From Hyphomicrobiales bacterium (GTDB lineage: Bacteria; Pseudomonadota; Alphaproteobacteria; Rhizobiales; Beijerinckiaceae): DNA of 48,708 nt. The position numbers and the translations under genes are program-made. Numbering within the stretch: the stretch's first letter is position 1; every line of letters starts with the position of its first letter. The notes under the pieces are model-generated. The model searched no databases and had not been told where the DNA came from. It was given only the letters and a program-made list of their open reading frames with translations. Shown one piece after another: positions 19,585 to 30,209 of the stretch. The stretch lies in assembly GCA_028290125.1 (NCBI GenBank), contig JAQGKM010000133.1, forward strand, positions 1-48,708, in the 5' to 3' direction.

Positions 19585-21015
19585 TTGAGCACGATGATTA
19601 CCGACCAGACCGCCGAGGCGGCTGTGGATCGGTCCAGGACTGAGACCGGACGACGCAAGCTGTTCGTCAAGTCTTACGGTTGCCAGATGAACGCCTACGA
19701 CGCCACCCGCATGGCGGATGTCCTCGCGCCGGAAGGCTATGACGAGACAGGCGATATCGCCGAGGCCGACCTCGTCATCCTGAACACCTGCCATATCCGG
19801 GAGCGCGCATCCGAGAAGGTATTTTCCGAACTCGGCAAGATCCGCGAGATCAAGTTGGATCGCGCCGCGGCAGGCCGGGAGACCACCATCGCAGTGGCGG
19901 GCTGCGTCGCCCAGGCGGAAGGCAAGGAAATCCTGCGCCGTCAGAAGGCCGTCGATCTCGTCATCGGTCCGCAAAGTTACCATCGGCTGCCGGAGATGCT
20001 TCGGTTGTCGAAGCTGGGACCCGTCGTCGAGACTGATTTCCCGGTCGAGGACAAGTTCGATCATCTCGCAAGCCCGGCTCGCGAAAAGGTCGTGAGCCGC
20101 GGCGTGTCGGCCTTCCTGACGATCCAGGAAGGGTGCGACAAGTTCTGCACGTTCTGCGTCGTGCCCTACACGCGTGGAGCGGAGACATCGCGACCGGTCT
20201 CGAAGATCCTCGACGAAGCGACCCACCTCGTCGAGGCAGGCGTTCGCGAAATCACGCTGCTCGGCCAGAACGTCAATGCATTTCATGGCGTCGATGAAGG
20301 CGGAGCCATTTGCGGACTGGCTGGCCTTGTCGCAAGGCTTTCGCACATCCCGGGCCTGCTGCGCATTCGCTACACGACCAGCCATCCCAACGACATGGCG
20401 GACGATCTGATCGAAGCTCATCGTACGCAGCCAGCGCTGATGCCTTTCCTGCACCTGCCGGTGCAATCGGGCTCTGACCGCGTGCTCCAGGCCATGAACC
20501 GCAAGCATGGCACGCGCGATTACATCGATCTGATTGCGCGCATCCGCGCCGAACGTCCGGACATCGCGCTGTCGTCGGATTTCATCGTCGGTTTCCCGGG
20601 TGAAACCGAAGCTGAATTTCAGGCGACGCTCGACCTCATCACGCAGGTCGGGTTCGCCAGCACGTTCTTCTTCAAATATTCCGTTCGTCCGGGAACGCCC
20701 GGCGCGGAATTGGACGATCAGGTTCCCGAAGACGTCAAAAGCGAACGTCTTGCGCGTTTGCAAAAACTCACCGACGCGCAACGGCATGCCTACAATGCAT
20801 CAGCGGTGGGCAAGGTCATGCCCGTGCTCTTCGAAAAGAAGGGCCGGCACCCGGGCCAGATCGCCGGAAAGACACCCTATTTGCAGGCCGTTCAAGTCGA
20901 TGGGCCCGCACATCTGATCGGAACGGAAGCGCTGGTCGAAATCACCGGAACCAGCACCAATTCGTTGTTCGGCAGCCTTGCCGAACCGATATCGTCAACG
21001 GAGGGCGCGCCTTGA
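19585..21015 (+). CDS. miaB: tRNA methylthiotransferase MiaB
   Basis: [18 protein letters not shown], radical-SAM [19 protein letters not shown]-terminal TRAM domain. Confidence 0.97.
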   Translation: MSTMITDQTAEAAVDRSRTETGRRKLFVKSYGCQMNAYDATRMADVLAPEGYDETGDIAEADLVILNTCHIRERASEKVFSELGKIREIKLDRAAAGRETTIAVAGCVAQAEGKEILRRQKAVDLVIGPQSYHRLPEMLRLSKLGPVVETDFPVEDKFDHLASPAREKVVSRGVSAFLTIQEGCDKFCTFCVVPYTRGAETSRPVSKILDEATHLVEAGVREITLLGQNVNAFHGVDEGGAICGLAGLVARLSHIPGLLRIRYTTSHPNDMADDLIEAHRTQPALMPFLHLPVQSGSDRVLQAMNRKHGTRDYIDLIARIRAERPDIALSSDFIVGFPGETEAEFQATLDLITQVGFASTFFFKYSVRPGTPGAELDDQVPEDVKSERLARLQKLTDAQRHAYNASAVGKVMPVLFEKKGRHPGQIAGKTPYLQAVQVDGPAHLIGTEALVEITGTSTNSLFGSLAEPISSTEGAP

Positions 21016-22103
21016 GGTCATCTGACAAGACGGGAACGATTACGCGCACCGCGGATGCACGCGACGGCGCCGCGCAGCTGGCTGGCGGCCCGGATCGGGA
21101 TGCCGTTGAGAAAGCGGAAGTCACGCTGGCGTTTGACGACAATCGCTTCGCTTCGATCCTGTTCGGTCACTACGACCAGAACCTCGCCCGCATCGAACGC
21201 CGGCTGGGCGTGTCGGCGCATGCCAATGGAAACCATGTCACGTTAAAGGGCCCCGCGGATGCTTGCGACCAGGCCCGAAAGGTCCTCGAGACGCTCTATG
21301 CACGCGTAAAACTTGGCCAGTCCATCTCGCTCGGGGATGTCGACGGGGCGGTGCAGGAAGGTGCGCTTCAGGGCAATCTCTTTCCCAAGGAAGACACCAG
21401 CCGCACCAGCTTCGAACAGGTCACGACGCGCAAGCGCGGGGCTGTGCGCGCGCGCAACGCGGCGCAGGACCTGTACCTGCGCGCATTGAAGCGCAACGAG
21501 CTTGTCTTCGCAGAAGGGCCCGCGGGCACCGGCAAGACCTGGCTCGCCGTCGGTCACGCCGTGTCGCTGCTCGAGCAGGGCGCCGTGGAGCGTCTCATCA
21601 TCACCCGTCCGGCTGTCGAGGCTGGCGAGCGCCTGGGTTTCTTGCCCGGAGACATGCGCGAGAAAGTGGACCCCTATTTGCGGCCGATCTACGATGCGCT
21701 GTATGACTTCATGGACGGACGAATGGTCGAGCGCGGCCTGCAGACCGGGATGATCGAGGTTGCGCCACTTGCATTCATGCGCGGACGCACGCTGACCTCC
21801 GCCTGTGTCCTGCTTGACGAAGCGCAGAATGCGACGTCCATGCAGATGAAGATGTTTCTGACCCGCCTCGGCGAGGGGTCGAGAATGATTATTACGGGCG
21901 ATCCGACGCAGACGGATCTTCCTCCGGGACAGAAGTCCGGATTGAGCGAAGCCGTCGGGCTTCTCTCGCAACTTGAAGGAATTGGGCACGTGCGGTTCAG
22001 GGACGCTGATGTGGTCCGGCATGATCTTGTCCGGCGGATCGTGACGGCCTATGAGGCGGCCTCGCAAACCGTTGGCCAGCAAGGTTCCAGGCCGACAAGA
22101 TGA
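21012..22103 (+). CDS. phoH: PhoH-family (YbeZ) ATPase
   Basis: [40 protein letters not shown]. Confidence 0.95.
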   Translation: MRSSDKTGTITRTADARDGAAQLAGGPDRDAVEKAEVTLAFDDNRFASILFGHYDQNLARIERRLGVSAHANGNHVTLKGPADACDQARKVLETLYARVKLGQSISLGDVDGAVQEGALQGNLFPKEDTSRTSFEQVTTRKRGAVRARNAAQDLYLRALKRNELVFAEGPAGTGKTWLAVGHAVSLLEQGAVERLIITRPAVEAGERLGFLPGDMREKVDPYLRPIYDALYDFMDGRMVERGLQTGMIEVAPLAFMRGRTLTSACVLLDEAQNATSMQMKMFLTRLGEGSRMIITGDPTQTDLPPGQKSGLSEAVGLLSQLEGIGHVRFRDADVVRHDLVRRIVTAYEAASQTVGQQGSRPTR

Positions 22104-22597
22104 CCATCGAAATAGACATAGCAGTCGAGTCGGAAAGCTGGGACGCGATTGAACTCGAAACGCTGGTGAATTCGGCCGTCGAGGCGGCGCGCGCCGAGAG
22201 CCGTGTCGTCCTCGCGCCCGTTGCCGAGATCAGCCTTCTATTCTGCGATGACGCGCGCATCCGCGAACTCAATCGCGAATGGCGGCGCATCGACAAGGCG
22301 ACCAACGTGCTTTCCTTCCCGGCGGCAGATCCAGCGCGCCTGTCGCAGGCTCCCTTACTCGGCGATATCGCAATCGCATTTGAAACGGTCGAGCGCGAAA
22401 GCGTCGATGAACGGAAAGCATTTCCGGACCATCTCAGCCATATGGTCGTCCATGGATTCCTTCACCTCGTGGGCTTCGACCACGAAATTGAGAGCGACGC
22501 AGAGGCGATGGAGGCGGCGGAGCGCCGGGCGCTTGCGCGCCTTGGGATCGCCGATCCCTACGCTGAGACCGAACCTGTTCGGAGCGCACAGTCATGA
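22100..22597 (+). CDS. ybeY: rRNA maturation endoribonuclease YbeY
   Basis: LNREWRRIDKATNVLSFP, LGDIAI, HGFLHLVGFDH. Confidence 0.96.
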   Translation: MTIEIDIAVESESWDAIELETLVNSAVEAARAESRVVLAPVAEISLLFCDDARIRELNREWRRIDKATNVLSFPAADPARLSQAPLLGDIAIAFETVERESVDERKAFPDHLSHMVVHGFLHLVGFDHEIESDAEAMEAAERRALARLGIADPYAETEPVRSAQS

Positions 22598-23625
22598 GCG
22601 CTTCGGATTCCTCCTCGCACGACCAACGCAACGACCGTCCGAGCCTGTTCGATCGGCTGCGCAATCTCTTCGGATTGAGTTCGGCTTCGGCGCGAGATGA
22701 CATCGAGGATGCTCTTGACGACGACACGCCCGACAGCGACCTGAGCGTTCAGGAGCGGGTGATGCTCAAGAACGTTCTCGGCCTTCATGAATTGCGGGTG
22801 CAGGACGTCATGGTGCCGCGCGCCGACATCATCGCCGTCGGTCTCGACGACACGTTGGGTGACATATTGACGGTGTTTCGCACGGCGGGACATTCGCGCC
22901 TTCCCGTGCACGGCGAGAACCTCGACGACCCGCGCGGGATGGTTCACATCCGCGACTTCGTCGATTACATCGCAACCGCGATGGATGGATTTTTGCGCAC
23001 GCCCCGGATCGACGTGAGCGGCGAAGTCGAGGACAGGACGTCGCGTCGCCACGCCCTGATGAAATTGCGGGGCATCGGGGAAGTCGATCTAACGCTGCCG
23101 CTTTCCAGGACCGGCATCGTCAGACCCGTGCTGTTCGTGCCGCCTTCCATGCCTGCGCTGGACCTGCTGGTGAAGATGCAGGCCACGCGCACGCACATGG
23201 CGCTTGTCATCGACGAATACGGTGGCACCGACGGCCTCGCGTCGATTGAAGACATTGTCGAAACCATCGTCGGCGACATCGAGGACGAGCACGACGAGGA
23301 CGATGGTCCGGTCATCCAGAAGGACGTCGACGAAAGCTGGATCGTGGATGCACGAGCAAGCCTCGACGACCTGAAGCACGCGATCGGTTTCGACTTTGAA
23401 GCCCTGAGCACGGACGGGCATGTCGACACTCTTGGCGGCCTTGTCAGCACCTTCGCGGGCCGCGTGCCCGCGCGCGGAGAAAAAGTTCTGGGCGGCGCAG
23501 TCTCGTTCGAGGTCATCGACGCAGATCGTCGTCGTCTCAAGCGCGTACGAATCCGCATGGTGGATCTGAGCGCGGCCGGTGGGCTGCACGAAGGCGAGGC
23601 GCGTGCTGGTGATCAGGGAGCCTGA
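22594..23625 (+). CDS. corC: CBS/CorC-HlyC domain protein (YbeX/CorC)
   Basis: DVMVPRADI, GHSRLPV, HMALVIDEYGGTDGL, IVGDIEDEHD, VDTLGG. Confidence 0.9.
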   Translation: MSASDSSSHDQRNDRPSLFDRLRNLFGLSSASARDDIEDALDDDTPDSDLSVQERVMLKNVLGLHELRVQDVMVPRADIIAVGLDDTLGDILTVFRTAGHSRLPVHGENLDDPRGMVHIRDFVDYIATAMDGFLRTPRIDVSGEVEDRTSRRHALMKLRGIGEVDLTLPLSRTGIVRPVLFVPPSMPALDLLVKMQATRTHMALVIDEYGGTDGLASIEDIVETIVGDIEDEHDEDDGPVIQKDVDESWIVDARASLDDLKHAIGFDFEALSTDGHVDTLGGLVSTFAGRVPARGEKVLGGAVSFEVIDADRRRLKRVRIRMVDLSAAGGLHEGEARAGDQGA

Positions 23626-25268
23626 CCGCCCGTCCGCGTCGCTGCGAGACCGGATCGTCCGACTGGCGCAATCGACGAAGACCGTTTCCGGTTGGACGCG
23701 GCGCGCGATCGCATGGGCAAGCGGAGCTTTCGGCGCGCTGTCTCTCGCACCGATCAATTTCCTGCCCGGCCTCGTGGGCACCTTCGTCGTCTCGGTCTGG
23801 TTGCTCGATGGCGTCGCGTCGCGGAACAAGGCGTTGTCCCGCGCCAGCCTGTGGGAGTCGATGCAGATCGGCTGGTGGGTCGGGTTTGGCTATTTCGTCG
23901 CAGGGCTCTGGTGGCTCGGCGCGGCCTTCCTCGTCGATGCCGAGGAGTTCGCCTGGGCCCTGCCATTCGGCGTGGCGGGGTTGCCCGCGGTTCTGGCTTG
24001 TTTCACGGCGATAGGCTTCGCGGGCGCTTTCGTCCTCTGGTCAAGAGGCGCGAGCCGGATCCTCGCCTTCGGCATCGCCCTGACGGCGGCTGAATGGTTG
24101 CGCGCGACCGCATTCACCGGATTCCCGTGGAATGCGTTCGGGATGGCAATAGGCGGTCACCTGGTTCTCTCGCAGGCCGCGAGTCTGGTGGGGCTTCATG
24201 GCCTGACGACCCTGACGCTTCTGGTGTGCGCCAGCCCTGCGACATTGGCCGATGCCGGACCGGCGCGCGCGCTGGGCCGCCCCGGCCCTCGGCGGTTGTT
24301 TGCTTCTGGCATTGGCCATGTTCGGCATGGCGCGCCTGTGGCTGAATCCGACTGTCTTCGACGGCGACGCCAAAATTCGCATCGTGCAACCGAACACGCC
24401 TCAGGACGCGAACTTCCGCCCTGACCGCCGGGACGAAATCCTGTCTCATTACCTGGAGGCCTCCACGGGCGCGTCGGCGACTTTCCCGGGAGGACTTGCA
24501 GAAGTCACCCATCTGGTCTGGCCCGAGTCGGCGTTTCCATTCTTCCTTGCGCGCGATCCTCACGCGCTGGCGACCATCAATGACGCGCTCGGCAAGACGA
24601 TTCTGATCACCGGCGCCGCCCGTATGGAGACGGCCGAAGACGATCGCCTGCCGGGAGAGATCCGGAAGGTCGAGTATTTCAACGCGATGCAGATCGTCGG
24701 CTCCCCCGGTGGCCGCATTCTCGACACCTACGACAAGGTGCACCTTGTGCCCTTCGGTGAGTACCTTCCGCTTTCTGGCTGGCTCGAGTCCTTCGGTTTG
24801 CGCCAATTCGTCCATGTCCCTGGCGGCTTCGAGCCGGGGCTCGCCCGGAAGTTGATCAGCGTTCCGGGACTGCCGGCGATTTTTCCCCTGATTTGTTACG
24901 AGGCGATCTTTCCCGGTCTGCTCGATCCGGCCATGCGCCAGCAGGCTGGTTTGATCGTGAATGTGAGCAATGACGGCTGGTTCGGAATCACCGCCGGACC
25001 GCACCAGCACCTCGCTCAAGCGCGCCTTCGAAGCATCGAGGAAGGGCTTCCGTTGTTGCGCGCAGCCAATACAGGATTGTCAGCAGTCATAGATCCTTAT
25101 GGCAGGCTTATCGGACATCTAGGATTGGGCGTTGAGGGCATGCTCGACGTCAGGCTGCCGCAACCAGCGCCGCCTCCACTGTTCGCCAGATCGCCTGTAT
25201 TTGCGCCGCTCGGACTTTATATTTTTTTCTGTGCCATGTTGCTGCTGACGCGGCGCCGTCAAGTCTGA
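23603..25268 (+). pseudogene. lnt: Apolipoprotein N-acyltransferase, split by a frameshift near 24263-24272 (pseudogene or sequencing error)
   Basis: The N-terminal TM half (GLWWLG, EWLRATAFTGFPWN) is in ORF 23579-24424. The nitrilase half (VQPN, WPESA, YDKVHLVPFGEY, ICYEAIF, NDGWFG, RAANTG) is in ORF 24252-25268, a different frame. Start approximate. Confidence 0.9.
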
Positions 25269-25398
25269 CAAATCTCAATTACATTTTTCGAAGTGACAAC
25301 TATTGCGTTATGCAACCTATGATGAAACAACTATCGCAACGGCAGAGGTGAAGCTTGCGGGGGAACGTGGCCGCCGCCGGGAGCTCAGACTCCGGAGA

Positions 25399-25839
25399 AT
25401 GGCCTTGGCAAAAGAACCTAATCCTATCGACCAGCATGTTGGCAGCAGAGTACGGCTTCGCCGGGTGATGCTCGGACTCAGTCAGGAAAAGCTGGGAAAT
25501 GCGCTTGGCGTGACATTCCAGCAGGTCCAGAAGTACGAAAAGGGCGCGAACCGGATCGGAGCGAGCCGGCTTCAGGCGATTTCGAAATTGCTCGACGCCC
25601 CGCCGTCCTACTTTTTCGATGGCGCGCCTGCGGCTCTTGTCGGCGCCAGTCCGGGCTTTGAAGAGGGTGCGCGTCCGTTCGTCCCGGATATGGTGACCAC
25701 GGCAGAAGGGCTCCAGCTCAATAGGTCCTTCGCAAAAATCCGTGATCCCAAGGTCCGGCGTCGCATTGTCGATCTCGTCTTCCAGGTCGCGGAAAGCGAA
25801 GCTCAGTGGCAATCTGACCAACGCGAGTCGACGCCCTGA
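25399..25839 (+). CDS. XRE-family HTH transcriptional regulator
   Basis: PNPIDQHVGSRVRLRR, GVTFQQVQKYEKGANRIGASRL; GGAG SD before ATG 25399; conserved between lnt and metK. Confidence 0.9.
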   Translation: MALAKEPNPIDQHVGSRVRLRRVMLGLSQEKLGNALGVTFQQVQKYEKGANRIGASRLQAISKLLDAPPSYFFDGAPAALVGASPGFEEGARPFVPDMVTTAEGLQLNRSFAKIRDPKVRRRIVDLVFQVAESEAQWQSDQRESTP

Positions 25840-25975
25840 TGCGTTCTTTATAAAGAACGAAAACCTCCCTATCGCTTGACCTGACGAACGCTGAGTGCAA
25901 CAAAGCCCGGCTAGGATGCAGCCCTGCGGAGCCAGGGGTGCTCCGGCGGTGTGTTTCGCAAACGCGGAGACGAGC

Positions 25976-27166
25976 GTGGCCAGGCAGAATTATTTCTTTA
26001 CGAGCGAATCGGTCTCTGAAGGTCATCCGGACAAGGTGTGTGACCGGATCTCCGACGAAGTCGTCGATCTGTTCTTCCGGGAAGGCGCCAAGGCCGGGAT
26101 TGATCCCTATCAGATCCGCGTTGCGTGCGAAACGCTGGCCACGACCAATCGGGTCGTCATCGCCGGCGAAGTGCGTGGCCCCAAGCTGACCGAGGACACG
26201 ATCATTCACGTGGCCCGGCAAGCGATCCGCGACATCGGATACGAGCAGGAAGGTTTCCACTGGGACCGCGCCAACATCGAAGTCCTGCTTCACTCGCAGT
26301 CCGCGGATATTGCGCAGGGCGTTGACGCGGGAAGCAACAAGGACGAGGGCGCTGGCGATCAGGGCATCATGTTCGGTTACGCCTGCCGCGAGACCCCGGA
26401 GCTGATGCCGGCGCCAATCTATTACGCGCACAAGATCCTGCACGTGCTGTCGGAGGCGCGCCGGTCGGGCGCCGAGAAGCATCTCGGCCCGGACGCCAAA
26501 AGTCAGGTGACGATCCGTTACGAGAATGGATTGCCGGTCGAAGCCACCCAGGTGGTGATCTCCCATCAGCACGTGACCGAAGACCTCACCTCGGCTCAAG
26601 TCGCCGATATCGTTCGCCCCTACGTCGAAAAAGCCCTTCCGGCAGGCTGGGTCACGAAGGATACGGTCTGGCACATCAACCCGACCGGCAAATTCTACAT
26701 CGGCGGTCCTGACGGCGACTGCGGCCTTACGGGACGCAAGATCATCGTCGACACTTACGGCGGCGCTGCGCCGCATGGCGGCGGCGCGTTTTCCGGCAAG
26801 GATCCGACCAAGGTCGATCGCTCGGCGGCCTACGCGGCGCGATATCTCGCCAAAAACGTCGTGGCGGCGGGACTGGCCGATCGCTGCACCTTGCAGCTGT
26901 CCTACGCGATCGGCGTCGCACGTCCTCTGTCGATCTATGCCGACCTGCACGACACCGGCAAAATCGACCCCGCGAAGCTCGAAGCCGTCCTGATGGACAT
27001 TATCAGCCTGACGCCTCGCGGCATTCGCGAGCACCTCAAGCTCAATCGTCCAATCTACGCGCGTACCTCCGCCTATGGGCATTTCGGGCGCCAGCCCGAC
27101 AGCGACGGCGGCTTCTCGTGGGAAAACACCGATCTCGTCGATGAGCTGAAGCGCGCTTTCGCTTAA
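25976..27166 (+). CDS. metK: S-adenosylmethionine synthetase
   Basis: [56 protein letters not shown]. Start set to GTG 25976. Confidence 0.98.
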   Translation: MARQNYFFTSESVSEGHPDKVCDRISDEVVDLFFREGAKAGIDPYQIRVACETLATTNRVVIAGEVRGPKLTEDTIIHVARQAIRDIGYEQEGFHWDRANIEVLLHSQSADIAQGVDAGSNKDEGAGDQGIMFGYACRETPELMPAPIYYAHKILHVLSEARRSGAEKHLGPDAKSQVTIRYENGLPVEATQVVISHQHVTEDLTSAQVADIVRPYVEKALPAGWVTKDTVWHINPTGKFYIGGPDGDCGLTGRKIIVDTYGGAAPHGGGAFSGKDPTKVDRSAAYAARYLAKNVVAAGLADRCTLQLSYAIGVARPLSIYADLHDTGKIDPAKLEAVLMDIISLTPRGIREHLKLNRPIYARTSAYGHFGRQPDSDGGFSWENTDLVDELKRAFA

Positions 27167-27185
27167 TCACGAACCGGGTTCCTCC

Positions 27186-27902
27186 ATGTCAGAGAACGCG
27201 TCTGAGGAATCGTCCGGGCTCGTCGCCCGGACGCTCTATGGGCGACGCAAAGGCAAGAAGCTCCGCCTGCATCAGGCGGAGCTTGTTTCGTCTGTGCTCC
27301 CCGTCCTTGCGATCGATCCGGCGAACGCCATAGACGAACCGGCCGCATTGTTTCCATCCCGTCCGGACTTGGTCCGGATCGAGATCGGGTTCGGCGGCGC
27401 CGAACATCTCGTGCATGAAGCCGTCAGTCATCCGGAGATCGGCTACATCGGCTGTGAGCCCTTTGTGAACGGAATCGCGAAGCTGCTTGTCCAGATCGAG
27501 GACAGGAACATCGCGAACGTCCGTGCGCATCATGGTGACGCTCGCGAAATCCTCGTGAAACTTCCGGCTGGCTCGATCGACAGGATCGACGTTCTTTATC
27601 CTGATCCCTGGCCCAAATGGCGACAGCGCAAGCGACGTTTTCTGTCATCCCAAAACATTGCGGAAATCGGGCGCGTGCTCAGGGTCGGCGGCGTCCTGCG
27701 TTTCGCAACCGACATCGACGATTATGCTGGCTGGGTTTTGGCGCGCCTGATCCGGCAGCCCGGCTGGAAGTGGGAAGAGGGCCAGCCGCTCGCGCGAGCC
27801 TGGACAGATGCCTGGGCCAATTGGCCGGGCACCCGATATGAGGCGAAGGCGTTCCGCGAGGGCCGCAGTCCGGTCTATCTGACCTTCACCAAAACTGACT
27901 GA
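27186..27902 (+). CDS. trmB: tRNA (guanine-N7)-methyltransferase
   Basis: IEIGFGGAEH, GCEPF, YPDPWPK, FATD, TRYEAKA. Confidence 0.94.
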   Translation: MSENASEESSGLVARTLYGRRKGKKLRLHQAELVSSVLPVLAIDPANAIDEPAALFPSRPDLVRIEIGFGGAEHLVHEAVSHPEIGYIGCEPFVNGIAKLLVQIEDRNIANVRAHHGDAREILVKLPAGSIDRIDVLYPDPWPKWRQRKRRFLSSQNIAEIGRVLRVGGVLRFATDIDDYAGWVLARLIRQPGWKWEEGQPLARAWTDAWANWPGTRYEAKAFREGRSPVYLTFTKTD

Positions 27903-28663
27903 TCCGGTTCGACACCGAATCGATGCAGCGAGGCCCCGTGCGCGTGAAGCCAGGCTTCTGCACGTTCGGTATGTGGCGCGAGGGTGCGCGTCACTGTCCA
28001 GAATGCGTCCGAGTGATTCATGTGCACGAGATGCGCGACTTCATGCGCGGCCAGGTAGTCGAGCACGAATTCAGGGGACATGATCAGGCGCCAGGAGAAA
28101 TTCAGAGCGCCTGTTGCAGAGCACGAACCCCAGCGGCTCGTCGTATCCCGGACGGTGATGCGCCGCGCTGAAAATCCGAGCGAGCCTGTGTGCTTTCGTA
28201 CCGCAGATTCCAGATCCGTTCGAGCCTCTCGCTTGAGAAAATCATGGACGCGGCGAGACAGGTGATCTTCGTCGCAACTGACGATCAGCTTTCGCGCGCC
28301 CGTCTCGGAAACGGCCAATTCAATTCGCCCACGCAGTTCGTTTCTGTGCACGATCTCATGATCAAGACCCCGAACCGGAATGATGGCGCCTGCCCGAAAC
28401 GGCACTGCGACAGGCAAGCGATGGAGTCGCGCAGCAATCCATGCAGCGTGACGCTGCGCAAAGTCCTGCGCCGCGGTCAGCGAGCCTCTCTTGGGCATCG
28501 TGATGACGACATCGCGTGTCGCGTTGCGAACGCGCAGCGTGTAACGGCGCGCACCAGTCACGCGTCTCAATGAGACACGGTACACAGCACCTTCATGCGC
28601 AATGTCGAGATGGTCTTGCGCAGAAGTGCCGGAGGAAGTTTCTCGTCGGAAAAGGCGCAGCAT
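27875..28663 (-). CDS. YgjP/DUF45 (M48-like) metal-dependent hydrolase
   Basis: SRWGSCS, LNFSWRLI, DYLAAHEVAHLVHMNHSDAFW (HExxH). Start set to ATG 28663. Confidence 0.88.
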   Translation of the reverse strand: MLRLFRRETSSGTSAQDHLDIAHEGAVYRVSLRRVTGARRYTLRVRNATRDVVITMPKRGSLTAAQDFAQRHAAWIAARLHRLPVAVPFRAGAIIPVRGLDHEIVHRNELRGRIELAVSETGARKLIVSCDEDHLSRRVHDFLKREARTDLESAVRKHTGSLGFSARRITVRDTTSRWGSCSATGALNFSWRLIMSPEFVLDYLAAHEVAHLVHMNHSDAFWTVTRTLAPHTERAEAWLHAHGASLHRFGVEPDQSVLVKVR

Positions 28664-28718
28664 CGAGAACGAGTCTAACTGATTCTCGATGCACTGCGCC
28701 ACACCGCATTGGCGGCTT

Positions 28719-30035
28719 TCAGTCGTTTGATGCGGCGAGCTTCAGACCGGCCGGTTTCGCACGCTTCGTGGTGCCGGAGGCCTGATGTTCAAGCGTTGCA
28801 ATGAAGTCCCGGATTCGCGGCGCGATTTCGGAACGGTAACGCGACCCGTTGAACACGCCGTAATGCCCGACGCCGCTCTGCAAGTAGTGCACCTTCTGCG
28901 AGTCGGGAATGTTGGTGCAAAGCTCTTGCGCCGCGTAGGTCTGGCCGACGCCAGAGATGTCGTCCTTCTCGCCCTCGACGGTCATGAGGCCGGTACGACG
29001 GATCGCCTTCAGGTCGATCAGCTTGCCGCGATGCTTCATCTCGCCCTTCGGCAGGGTATGGTGGACGAAGACATTGTCGATCGTCTGCAGATAATACTCC
29101 GCCGACAGATCCATGACCGCCATGTACTCGTCGTAGAAATCGCGATGCTTCTCAGCCGAGTCGCCATCACCCTGGACGAGGTGCTTGAACATCTCGAGGT
29201 GCGCGTTCACGTGACGATCCATGTTCATCGCCATGAACCCGGAGAGTTGCAGGAAGCCCGGATAAACGGAGCGACCGAAACCGGGGTAGGGGAACGGCAC
29301 GTTGAAGATGCAGTTCTTGCGGAACCAGTCGGGGCCGCGTTCCTGGGCGAGCGTGTTCACCGCGGTCGGGCTGCGGCGCGTGTCGATCGGGCCGCCCATG
29401 AGCGTCATTGACGCGGGAACATAGGGATAACCTTCCGCTTCCATCCGCGCGACGGCGGCAATGAGCGGAACTGAAGGCTGGCAGACGCCCAGCGTGTGAA
29501 GGCCAGCGCCCTCGATGTCCCGACCTAACAGCTGATAGATCGAAATCAGATAGTCGATGTAGTCGTCGAGATCGAAGCTGCCCGCCGTCAAGGGCACCAT
29601 GCGCGCATCGGCCCAATCGGTGATGTAGACTTCATAGTGAGGCAGAAAAGCTTCCACGGTTCCCCGCAGGAGCGTCGCGTAGTGGCCGGACAGCGGCGCG
29701 ACGATCAGCAGTTTCGGCTGTGGACGCGTGAGCCGGGTGGTCGCCCGGGCAAAATGGACCACGCGGCAAAATGGGCGTTCCCAAACCACTTCTTCAGTGA
29801 CTGCGACGCGTTCGCCATTCACGCTGGTCGATTCGAAGCCGAATGTAGGCTTGCCGTAACGACGCGTCAGACGCTCGAACAGCTCTGCGGAAGCCGCAAC
29901 ATTCTTGCCGACAGCCGTGTGGGTCCACGGGTTCATCGGGTTCTGGAACATCAACTTGGTCGCGTCGGTCGCGGCGCGCGCCGGAACGAGGGCCGCATGG
30001 GCCATCTCATACATGTGATACGAAAAACGGTTCAT
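28719..30035 (-). CDS. phaZ: Intracellular polyhydroxyalkanoate depolymerase
   Basis: LIVAPLSGHYATLLRGTV, catalytic VCQP, VYPGFLQL, EGEKDDISG, VGHYGVF. Confidence 0.93.
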   Translation of the reverse strand: MNRFSYHMYEMAHAALVPARAATDATKLMFQNPMNPWTHTAVGKNVAASAELFERLTRRYGKPTFGFESTSVNGERVAVTEEVVWERPFCRVVHFARATTRLTRPQPKLLIVAPLSGHYATLLRGTVEAFLPHYEVYITDWADARMVPLTAGSFDLDDYIDYLISIYQLLGRDIEGAGLHTLGVCQPSVPLIAAVARMEAEGYPYVPASMTLMGGPIDTRRSPTAVNTLAQERGPDWFRKNCIFNVPFPYPGFGRSVYPGFLQLSGFMAMNMDRHVNAHLEMFKHLVQGDGDSAEKHRDFYDEYMAVMDLSAEYYLQTIDNVFVHHTLPKGEMKHRGKLIDLKAIRRTGLMTVEGEKDDISGVGQTYAAQELCTNIPDSQKVHYLQSGVGHYGVFNGSRYRSEIAPRIRDFIATLEHQASGTTKRAKPAGLKLAASND

Positions 30036-30209
30036 GGGGAGCCCATCCGCGACTGTGGGAGTGAGGTCGCAACGCGCTGAACGCTTAGCAGTTCAGGCTA
30101 AAGATTGGGCACTGCAACATAAGCTTGTTCTGAGCGCAAGTGGTCTAAAGAAGCAGCACCCCGGAGGCCGCCACTGGCGCGGCGCACGGCGCCGACCTAA
30201 GTTCGAAGC

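Noticed and set aside
25860-25975. SAM-II or SAM-SAH riboswitch before metK
   Set aside because: I could not see the conserved motifs by eye. An Rfam scan would be needed to exclude one.
29203-29216. parS-like TTCACGTGA core
   Set aside because: Only a partial match to GTTTCACGTGAAAC, and it lies inside the phaZ coding sequence.
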